A DNA stretch of 23,562 nucleotides. Source: Promethearchaeota archaeon (lineage in GTDB: Archaea > Asgardarchaeota > Lokiarchaeia > Sigyniarchaeales > SOKP01). Location: the NCBI GenBank assembly GCA_048938895.1, contig JBHLLU010000004.1, forward strand, positions 88,222 through 111,783, read 5' to 3'. The notes under the pieces were generated by a model, which was not told where the DNA came from, made no database searches, and saw only the letters and a program-made list of their open reading frames with translations. This document shows positions 16,259 to 23,562 of the stretch, in pieces. A program made the position numbers and the translations under genes. Position 1 is the stretch's first letter, and the number at the start of each line of letters is the position of its first letter.

Positions 16259-17827
16259 TTAAATTGATTGTTCCTGCTTTACAAAAAAATCTGCTGCTAA
16301 CTCAACATCCTCCATGGTTAAGGGTCTTCCTAGAGATTGCTCTAAATCGTTAACCAAGAGTTCACATAATTTTAAACTAAGTGTACTACCTTTTTCCGAA
16401 ATTATTTTTTGTACTTTTTTAGCATAATCAGATATTTTCGGTTTTTTAACGTCTTTAGCAATGTCTTCATGTGGTGAAAATAATTCTATTGGCATTTTTA
16501 ATTCAGATTTTTTTGGTTTGGTTTCACTACTTTCCTCAAATATAACTGGTTTGGCAAGTTTAACAGATTTAGAGGGAATTTCTGAGGGTTTTATAAGTTT
16601 TAATCCAGAGGGTTCAGTCTCAAGCTTTTGAAATGATACCATTTTACTAGGTTTTTCTTCAGGTGAGGGTTCTGGCACTTCTTCAGTCAACTTTTGAGGA
16701 ATGGATTCAGTTGAAGATCCTGATGCAGGAAGGGGCTGCACTGTTATTTTTGTTTTGAATTTTAATTCTTTTGGGATTTCAAATTCAATTTCTTTTGTAG
16801 ATTCTTTTCTCATTTCTTTTAGTTCTTTTAACTTATTATTTAAGTCTTGTACCTTCTTCTGAAAGATGGTACTTCGCTCAAAATCCTTGTAGGTAGTCGT
16901 AATTTGAACTAATTCTCTATATTTTGCTAATGCTTGAATTATATTCCCTACAATTACTAAATTTTCAGCCTCATTTACCATATCTTCAAAATCTTCCGGT
17001 AATTCTTCTTTTAATCCTAAAGATTGTTTTATTAATGCGTGAATCTCTAATTTAGCATCAGCAGAGTTTAAAGATATTTCCTCAAATTCAGTAATATTGA
17101 TTTCATTTTTAATCCGTCTTAGATCTTCATCTTCTATTAAATCTCTTTTATTCCCAATTGTTAATAACTTAGAATGTCTGCCTTCTAGGTTCTTTATATC
17201 CAGAAAATGATTTAGTATTTTCAAATGGTAATTTGCCAAATTGAATATGAGTATGATTAAATCAGATCCACTAACAAATTTGGACCATAATAAAGAGAAA
17301 TTATCTTTGAGTTGAAAATCCCAAATTTCGAAGGTTAATTCATCAATTTCAAAAGTAGAGGATTTTGCAAAGTCCATCATTGTTTCTTCTTCATTTCTAA
17401 GGATGTTATAAAGTGTTGTTTTACCCGCATTAGTAGGACCTATGATAGTTATTTTCGAATGCATATCTTTTTGAATTTGATTTAAGAATTCTAAAAATTC
17501 TTCGAATAATTCTTCTGATTCTTTAATTCTCATGGGATCAGGAAATAATTCCTGAAATTTCTTGATAATCTTTATCATGATCGTTTCTATATCTTGAGGA
17601 GTATCAATAAGGTCAGTTACTAATAAAAAGTACAATCCTTTTGTACCTCTATGAAAAATTTGAAAATTAGAAATTTTCCTATTCATTGTTTTTCCGGGTA
17701 TCGGCATATCCATATATTTTTTAATAGTCTCAAGAACATTATGCAATTCTTCATTTCCAAAAGCTATAGCATAATCCTTCAGAAAAATATGTTCTTTTTC
17801 ATTAAAAATATGAAGCTGGCGCAACAT
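16259..17827 (-). CDS. Multidomain protein: longin-like N-terminus, degenerate Ras-superfamily small GTPase, helical/coiled-coil segment, P/E/K/S-rich linker, small C-terminal helical domain
   Basis: G1 GPTNAGKTT, G3 position WDFQL, SGSDLIILIFN, G4 GNKRD, G5 position ISL. N-terminal LRQLHIF...HIFLKDY...LYFLLVTD..D....IE.IM.KI.KKF.ELF fits a longin pattern. Likely start is the ATG at 17827 rather than 17902. Confidence 0.8.
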   Translation of the reverse strand: MLRQLHIFNEKEHIFLKDYAIAFGNEELHNVLETIKKYMDMPIPGKTMNRKISNFQIFHRGTKGLYFLLVTDLIDTPQDIETIMIKIIKKFQELFPDPMRIKESEELFEEFLEFLNQIQKDMHSKITIIGPTNAGKTTLYNILRNEEETMMDFAKSSTFEIDELTFEIWDFQLKDNFSLLWSKFVSGSDLIILIFNLANYHLKILNHFLDIKNLEGRHSKLLTIGNKRDLIEDEDLRRIKNEINITEFEEISLNSADAKLEIHALIKQSLGLKEELPEDFEDMVNEAENLVIVGNIIQALAKYRELVQITTTYKDFERSTIFQKKVQDLNNKLKELKEMRKESTKEIEFEIPKELKFKTKITVQPLPASGSSTESIPQKLTEEVPEPSPEEKPSKMVSFQKLETEPSGLKLIKPSEIPSKSVKLAKPVIFEESSETKPKKSELKMPIELFSPHEDIAKDVKKPKISDYAKKVQKIISEKGSTLSLKLCELLVNDLEQSLGRPLTMEDVELAADFFVKQEQSI

Positions 17828-18012
17828 AGCTGTCTTAACATAATCTAATAATTTCGATATTAAAAAAAAAGAAATACTAATTAATAATTCTTTATAATTC
17901 ATTCACATTTAGATTAAGCAATTTGCATGAGAAGAGAAAAATAATAAAAAATATTAGATTTCAATAATTTTATCTCCATAGACCAAGTATAATTTTATTT
18001 GAACTTCCTAAA

Positions 18013-18969
18013 ATGCCACTAACTGCTGATGAGATTCTTAAATTTTTAGACAACGAATCAGAAGCTAAATTTAAAACGGAATTACTGGATTTATTGCGAA
18101 AGAGAATTGATAATCTCTGCTTTGAAGATTGTGAACGTGATAGGATACAGTGTACTCTAACTCCACTATGTAGTCGTAGATTTTTACTTAAATTGCGAAT
18201 TAAAAATGGTCTGAAATATGAAGATTTACCAAAATTTTGTTATAGTGTCCATAAAGGAGTAATTGAGAGGTTTTTTAGAAACAAAACAGTTGTATATAGA
18301 CCCTATGATGCTTATTTATATTTGATTGACTTCTTAGACGTTTTTTTCCATGGAGATTATCGAAAACTCAATAAGTATCTTTCTTTTAAAAATTGGGAAG
18401 ATAGTTTTAAAATTTTTGACGATAGAATTAACAATAGGAATGAGAAATTTGATTATCTTTTGACAGATAACTATTTAATCTTTAAATTTGAAGATACTAT
18501 ACATGTTATTTTTTTGAAAGAACAATATGTTTTATGCAACGCTAATCGTGAAAATATCCCTAATTTGGAGTTGCTTGAAGGTGTTTGTAGATTATATTCT
18601 GGGATCTATTTTCCAGAAATTAATTTAAAACAAAGACAATCTAAACATGTAGAAATTACAGTTAAAGTTCCTTATGATGTCTTAAATGAAGTATCAGCTG
18701 AGCCCTCTAAAGAAAAAGATTCAAAAGTAGATCAATATTTTTGGAACACATTTTGGGAAGACCTTAATGCGTTGAGTCAATATTGTGATGAGATACATCT
18801 ACAAATGGATTTAAACCAAAATCTAGAGATAATATTATATCTTAGTACTGAAACCAGTATAATTGATGAGGATGAAAATCCTGTACCCCTAAGATTTAGG
18901 GATTTACGATTAATATTAAATTTCATTAATCGAATTTATCAAGATTATTATATAGTATGGGTGGAATAA
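18013..18969 (+). CDS. Hypothetical protein with N-terminal Cys cluster
   Basis: 318-aa ORF with C-x3-C-x6-C-x5-C-x22-C-x3-H near the N-terminus; no family recognised. Confidence 0.8.
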   Translation: MPLTADEILKFLDNESEAKFKTELLDLLRKRIDNLCFEDCERDRIQCTLTPLCSRRFLLKLRIKNGLKYEDLPKFCYSVHKGVIERFFRNKTVVYRPYDAYLYLIDFLDVFFHGDYRKLNKYLSFKNWEDSFKIFDDRINNRNEKFDYLLTDNYLIFKFEDTIHVIFLKEQYVLCNANRENIPNLELLEGVCRLYSGIYFPEINLKQRQSKHVEITVKVPYDVLNEVSAEPSKEKDSKVDQYFWNTFWEDLNALSQYCDEIHLQMDLNQNLEIILYLSTETSIIDEDENPVPLRFRDLRLILNFINRIYQDYYIVWVE

Positions 18970-18984
18970 TAAAAATTCAATTTA

Positions 18985-20271
18985 GTGTTAATTATGAATG
19001 AAGAAGAAAAACAAATTACAGAAATCAAAACAATCAAAGATTTTGTAAGAGATGGAAGATTTGATGATGCTGTAAACATAATCGCTCTATACATTAGTGA
19101 TTCTACCGAAGAGGATTATATTGATAGGTTAGAAAATGTAATTGAAACTTTATTAGCTCTTCATGGAGGTAGAACTGTTCTAAGATTTCTTCTTGAAAAT
19201 CTAATAATTGATATTCCTTCCTTGTTAGAGAACCTTTCCAAAAAGGATTCCGTATTAAGATATACCTTTTTATTACTTATAAAAACGATTTGTGAAAATG
19301 AATCAGACCTCTTTTTACCTTACAGTGAAGATTTATTAAAATCTGATGATCCAAATGTCCGAGAAGCAGATTTACAACTTATAATATATATGGCAGATGC
19401 CGTTGCGAATATGGAAGATCAATCTTTAATAAGGGCGATTGTTGAAAAACTAAATGATGAAAAGGATTTTGTAGTTGAAAAAACGATACAAGCTCTTATC
19501 GCTATAGGAAGGATATCCCCAAGTATCATAACAAAAATTCTGACTGATTTTGCTAAAGAAACTTTAGAAGTTTCCGAAAATGAAAAAGTAAAACATTCTA
19601 TTGACACAATTATGAAATCTATTGTAACTGTAGAAAAAATAGAGGAAATTGTTGAGGAAGAGAAATCTAAATTGGAAAAACCTTCTGAAGTTACAGTTTC
19701 TGATGGTACACTTAGTTTAGAAAAGGAAGAATCCGAGATTTTGGATAAAGAATTTGAATTGAAAAAGAAAGAGTTAGAGATAAAGAAAAAGAAACTAGAA
19801 TTAGAAGAAAAGGAAAAGGAAATTGAAGAAAAAGTAATTCAGAAAAAGGAAGAAGTCCTAAAATTAAAAGAAGAAATATTGATTAAGGAAGGAGAAATAA
19901 GTGAAGAGCCTGATACTAAAGAAAAACTTGGGAAGATCAAAATTCCCAAAAAACTAAAAAAGGAAGAATCGGAAATTATTGACAAAGAAATTGAACTAAA
20001 GAAAAAAGATTTAGAAATCAAGAAGAAAAAACTAGAAATTGAAGAAAAAGAAAAAGAATTAGAAGAAAAAGAAATTAAAGAGAGAGAAAAGGCCCTGAAG
20101 TTAAAAGAAGAATTAATTGAGAAGGAAAAGGAGTTATCTCAGGTTGAATTGGAATTAAAACAAAAATCTATTGAACAGAAAGAACAGAATATTAAAGAAG
20201 AAGAAATGAAACGAGTAGCAGATGAGATTAAAAAAATACAACGAGAAGTTGAAGAAGATGATGATAACTAA
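18985..20271 (+). CDS. HEAT/ARM-like solenoid with long E/K-rich C-terminal coiled coil
   Basis: HEAT-like repeats LSKKDSVLR, LKSDDPNVRE, LNDEKDFVVEKTIQALIAIG; the C-terminal half is almost all E/K/L/I. GTG start at 18985 or ATG at 18994; 15 nt after the upstream gene, so a probable operon. Confidence 0.85.
   Translation: MLIMNEEEKQITEIKTIKDFVRDGRFDDAVNIIALYISDSTEEDYIDRLENVIETLLALHGGRTVLRFLLENLIIDIPSLLENLSKKDSVLRYTFLLLIKTICENESDLFLPYSEDLLKSDDPNVREADLQLIIYMADAVANMEDQSLIRAIVEKLNDEKDFVVEKTIQALIAIGRISPSIITKILTDFAKETLEVSENEKVKHSIDTIMKSIVTVEKIEEIVEEEKSKLEKPSEVTVSDGTLSLEKEESEILDKEFELKKKELEIKKKKLELEEKEKEIEEKVIQKKEEVLKLKEEILIKEGEISEEPDTKEKLGKIKIPKKLKKEESEIIDKEIELKKKDLEIKKKKLEIEEKEKELEEKEIKEREKALKLKEELIEKEKELSQVELELKQKSIEQKEQNIKEEEMKRVADEIKKIQREVEEDDDN
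19723..20139 (+). repeat. Intragenic duplication, two copies of about 60 aa with a 237-nt period
   Basis: KEESEILDKEFELKKKELEIKKKKLELEEKEKEIEEK...LKLKEE (19723-19902) versus KEESEIIDKEIELKKKDLEIKKKKLEIEEKEKELEEK...LKLKEE (19960-20139). Confidence 0.9.
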
Positions 20272-21320
20272 TCTTTTGCTTCTTCATCAGTTTCTTCTAA
20301 TTCATAATCTAAACTTGAATGAGGCTTATTCTCAGAAATCGGAGTCTTATGCAATCTCCTGACTAATTTTCTTACATCCTCTACTTTAATACTATCAGGA
20401 GGCAAACTGACCTGTATCTTTTTTGCTAAATCATAGGCAAGTTCGATATACTTTAAATCTTCCAAAAATTCAACTATCTGAATCTTATAATCGCTATCCT
20501 CAAGTATTTCATTCCCATATTCCATTAACTTTTCTTTCAACAAAATATCTATCTTATCTGTCCGTTCAAGATATTTTATCTTATTTACAAGCTGTTTAAA
20601 TGAATTCATGATATTATACATCTCATGCTTTGCATATTCATCAATATTTTTTAGAACATAAAAGATATATAGTTCTGCTTTCTCCCATCTTCTAAACTGG
20701 AGACTTGTTCCAACTAGTTCTAATAAAGCTTGTTCATAGAGGAATTTACTCTCAATATTAGGTACAATTTTTTCAAAAATCCAATCAAGTAAATTAGCTT
20801 GATCAAACTTCTCGATAATATCAATTAGAAATTTTTCAACTGAATAATATAATTTTGCATTTTCTGTTTTTGTTGAAGAAAGAAATGATACTAGAGCATA
20901 CTTTACTCTACCCATCGCATCCTCTAAATTTACTGGGGTTTCCGCAAATTTGTAGAAAGCAGATTCTAAAATTGGCTTTATTTTATCTTTAGCCTCAAAA
21001 TCATATACAAAATATTCTCCCCAAGCAGGACTAAGTTGGGAAGGCTTTTTTGGCTTTTTTGCTTTTGTATCAATTATTTCTCTTTCTGCTTTAGGCTTCT
21101 TCTTTTTTATTTCTTCAGTTATTTCTTTTGCATGGGCTTCATCAACAAATTCTAAAATGATTTTATTCTTTTCTTTAGGAACGGTTAATTTGAAAAAGAT
21201 TTCTGCGTCTTCTTCGAATAATGAATCTCTTAGGTCTTTTGGAAATGTGATTCCGGTTTTGGTTTTCTTTACAATTTCCTCAAAAAAAGGTTCATCATTC
21301 GATTTCTGATCTTCTGCCAT
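20268..21320 (-). CDS. Hypothetical protein: AbrB/SpoVT-like N-terminus, Lys-rich linker, alpha-helical (TPR/solenoid-like) domain
   Basis: VKKTKTGITFPKDLRDSL...IFFKL...KNKIILEFV resembles the AbrB consensus G.ITIPK.IR..L. The remainder looks all-helical (RWEKAELYIFYVL, YIELAYDLAKKI). Confidence 0.7.
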   Translation of the reverse strand: MAEDQKSNDEPFFEEIVKKTKTGITFPKDLRDSLFEEDAEIFFKLTVPKEKNKIILEFVDEAHAKEITEEIKKKKPKAEREIIDTKAKKPKKPSQLSPAWGEYFVYDFEAKDKIKPILESAFYKFAETPVNLEDAMGRVKYALVSFLSSTKTENAKLYYSVEKFLIDIIEKFDQANLLDWIFEKIVPNIESKFLYEQALLELVGTSLQFRRWEKAELYIFYVLKNIDEYAKHEMYNIMNSFKQLVNKIKYLERTDKIDILLKEKLMEYGNEILEDSDYKIQIVEFLEDLKYIELAYDLAKKIQVSLPPDSIKVEDVRKLVRRLHKTPISENKPHSSLDYELEETDEEAKD

Positions 21321-21419
21321 AATTATCTAAAGGTTTAAAGATTTAATAATTATTTCTAATATTATTTAGGGATGAATATAATTGGATTCTTTAAGTAATA
21401 TGGCTATTATTCCTACCCT

Positions 21420-22013
21420 TTAACCTGTAATATTCACAAGTTCTACGCCACGATGATGAAAATTCTGATCTATAAAACATAATATTGCATGCCCTTCATG
21501 AACATACACAATCGGTACGGGATAGGAATCTGCATTTTCGATCATACTTATTTTTACAAACAAAGGAAGAACAGCATTGCAAACTCTACATTCTACTTGA
21601 ATTCTCTTAACTAACCCTAATTCTGCAAAATTGACTATAATATCTTCTAGAATTTTTTTAAATCCTTGGAACATCGCGGGATTAAAATCCCCATATGACA
21701 TTATAACTTCTACATCATACATCTCATGAAACTTAAAACTTATATGTTCAAGAAGAGCTTCTAAAAGTTGAAATTGTACTTTAATGCTAGCTCCTACAGT
21801 GTAGACACAACCTTCTTTTCTAATATGTACAATTTTCATGTTTCCCTTATCATTATGGAAAAATATATCACTTATCTGATTTCTTTTAACAATATTTAGG
21901 TCTAAATCAAATCTTCTATAAGATTTTCCAGGTTTCCATTCAAATAACGTAGAACCTTCCTTACTAATATTGATAAATTCAAGGAATTCTCCAATATTTC
22001 TATAAACGGGCAT
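21420..22013 (-). CDS. Longin/roadblock-like domain fused to a putative Zn-binding CxxC...HxxH domain
   Basis: N-terminal FINISKEGSTLFEW hairpin and LLEALLEHISFKFHEMY helix; C-terminal CRVC...YPVPIVYVHEGHAILCFIDQNF..RGVE. Confidence 0.65.
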   Translation of the reverse strand: MPVYRNIGEFLEFINISKEGSTLFEWKPGKSYRRFDLDLNIVKRNQISDIFFHNDKGNMKIVHIRKEGCVYTVGASIKVQFQLLEALLEHISFKFHEMYDVEVIMSYGDFNPAMFQGFKKILEDIIVNFAELGLVKRIQVECRVCNAVLPLFVKISMIENADSYPVPIVYVHEGHAILCFIDQNFHHRGVELVNITG

Positions 22014-22180
22014 AAATGAGACTCAATCTATTTTAATTTAACTACTTAATAACACTAAAGTTATTTATATTTATCAATAACTATAAATGCTTTATTTATC
22101 CTTTTTTCTCTGAATCAGATAAAATTTTATATTGTTCGCATACTGTATTAAAATAATAGAAATAAAGGTGTATATGGAAT

Positions 22181-22840
22181 TTGATCTATTTAGAAGAAAC
22201 ACTAAATCTTACTCCTGCTAGCCCTGATACACGGGATGGTTTTATTAAAATTGCTCAGGATTTACTAGTTCCTGCTTGTGAGCGTTTGGGAGCACGACTC
22301 GTATGTGCATGGAGTGGTAATTTTGAATGGGTTATGCAAACAATTCAAATTTTTGAGTTTGATGATATTGAGGCATTAAAATTATTTCGGATTAATTCAA
22401 GTCAAGACAAGGATTGGGGTGAATATCTTGCACAACTAGAAGTATTTGCTCCAGAACGACGCACTCGATTATTAGAACCAATAGGTGCGGTTCCACCAGA
22501 AGTACTACATAAAGCAATAGAAGAGTCTCAAGAATCACCACTTAAAGCATATAGTATGGCGATTCTAGAAGTAAATCCAGGTAAAATGGAGAACATGGTC
22601 GCAGGATTAACAGTAGGTTATAAGGTAATGCCAATTATCGCTAGTTGGCGCCCGATTTCTGGAACTGGAAGTCCTAATCAAGTAATTGATTTATGGAAGG
22701 GGGACGTGCTATTTAGTGCTGAGGCTATGGCTTACCGTCCTTTTTCTAAAGAACAACAATGGGTTCGTGACCTTCGGGAAAATGCTCCCAAAGAAAAAAT
22801 AGTCGCGTTATATTCCTTGCCATATTCTCCATTGAAGTAA
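22181..22840 (+). CDS. NIPSNAP-family (dimeric alpha-beta barrel) protein with two repeats
   Basis: TTG start. Repeat 1: IYLEETLNLTP...GARLVCAW...QIFEFDDIEAL...RTRLLEP. Repeat 2: YSMAILEVNPGKM...IIASW...GSPNQVIDLW...LPYSPLK, the LPYSPL end being typical of NIPSNAP. Confidence 0.8.
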   Translation: MIYLEETLNLTPASPDTRDGFIKIAQDLLVPACERLGARLVCAWSGNFEWVMQTIQIFEFDDIEALKLFRINSSQDKDWGEYLAQLEVFAPERRTRLLEPIGAVPPEVLHKAIEESQESPLKAYSMAILEVNPGKMENMVAGLTVGYKVMPIIASWRPISGTGSPNQVIDLWKGDVLFSAEAMAYRPFSKEQQWVRDLRENAPKEKIVALYSLPYSPLK

Positions 22841-22909
22841 ACTTTTTAAGAATGCCTAATTATTTTCTTTTTGTTTTGTTTAAATTGAGTTAAATTTCAA
22901 TACTATGAA

Positions 22910-23562
22910 ATGGGGCAAATTAGGTTGAATAAGAAAAAACTTAAAAGAGATTTAAGTTCATATAAAGGGATTGACATTGCAGAAGAATATAAACTTCTAT
23001 CATTTACCGTAGTGCTAGTAAAACCTGAACATGCTGGAAATATAGGCGCGATAGCTCGGGTAATGAAGAATTTTAATTTTGAGAAGTTAATTATTTTTAA
23101 TCCAATAGAAAGTAAGAAGAATATCTATAGTTATGAAACTCAAGGATTTGCTATGCATGGAAAAGATATTTTGATGAATGCTATTCTTAAAGAAGTAATT
23201 AATCAAGATAATCATTTGTCCGAATTTAAAAAATTACTTGCTCAATTTGATCTAATCATTGCAACTACAGCTAGAGGAAAAAGAAATTCTAACATAAAGA
23301 GATTAGCAATATTCCCTATGGATTTATCATTACCAATCTCAAGTAAACCCTTAAATATCGCGATCTTATTCGGGAGGGAATCTCGAGGATTAACCAATGA
23401 AGAGATTAGTCTTGCAGATATTATATTAAGGATACCTACTGGAACAGGTTATCCTGCTTTAAATATTTCACATGCTTCTGCAGTAATTTTATACGAATTA
23501 TTTAAAAAATTATATGTATTAAATATTGGCAGGGGAAGTCACCCTGTTTTGATAGCTGATAG
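22910..23562 (+). CDS. trmJ: SPOUT tRNA/rRNA 2'-O-methyltransferase, TrmJ/LasT family (3' partial, runs off the window)
   Basis: Not in the ORF track. Manual translation from ATG 22910 (in-frame TGA upstream at 22886): VVLVKPEHAGNIGAIARVMKNFNF...AMHG...IATTAR...ILFGRESRGLTNEE...IPT...YPALNISHA..VILYE, open to the last base. Confidence 0.92.
   Translation, partial: MGQIRLNKKKLKRDLSSYKGIDIAEEYKLLSFTVVLVKPEHAGNIGAIARVMKNFNFEKLIIFNPIESKKNIYSYETQGFAMHGKDILMNAILKEVINQDNHLSEFKKLLAQFDLIIATTARGKRNSNIKRLAIFPMDLSLPISSKPLNIAILFGRESRGLTNEEISLADIILRIPTGTGYPALNISHASAVILYELFKKLYVLNIGRGSHPVLIAD

Noticed and set aside
1928-20021. Short overlapping ORFs in the track (1928, 1959, 4598, 8254, 8506, 9209, 13774, 14176, 14401, 15142, 15804, 17651, 19419, 19839)
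   Set aside because: All lie within or antisense to well-supported genes and show no motifs.
1-23562. Mobile element, prophage, defence island or structural RNA genes
   Set aside because: No transposase, integrase, cas, nuclease or toxin motifs, no terminal repeats, and no GC-rich tRNA/rRNA-like segment; the only GC-rich stretch is the Pro repeat.

Overview
AT-rich, gene-dense chromosomal segment, most likely from an Asgard archaeon (Lokiarchaeia-like). This is inferred from a eukaryote-like actin-family gene, longin/small-GTPase fusions, a multi-PAS kinase and archaeal-type purD, lipid synthase and TrmJ genes. I find 18 supportable CDSs, the last a TrmJ-like gene missing from the ORF track because it runs off the window. 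No rRNA, tRNA, CRISPR array or mobile element was recognised. Main candidates: (1) a coiled-coil / Pro-Gly repeat / WH2-like (helix + LKKI) protein directly upstream of a divergent actin-related protein with substituted catalytic residues, possibly a nucleation-promoting-factor plus ARP module; (2) a type IA topoisomerase with motifs and a Cys-rich tail resembling eukaryotic Top3-beta; (3) a block at 16.3-22.0 kb encoding a longin-degenerate GTPase-helical fusion, a Cys-cluster protein, a HEAT/coiled-coil protein, an AbrB-solenoid fusion and a longin-Zn protein. All homology calls are motif recognition by eye against remembered reference sequences; no searches were run.
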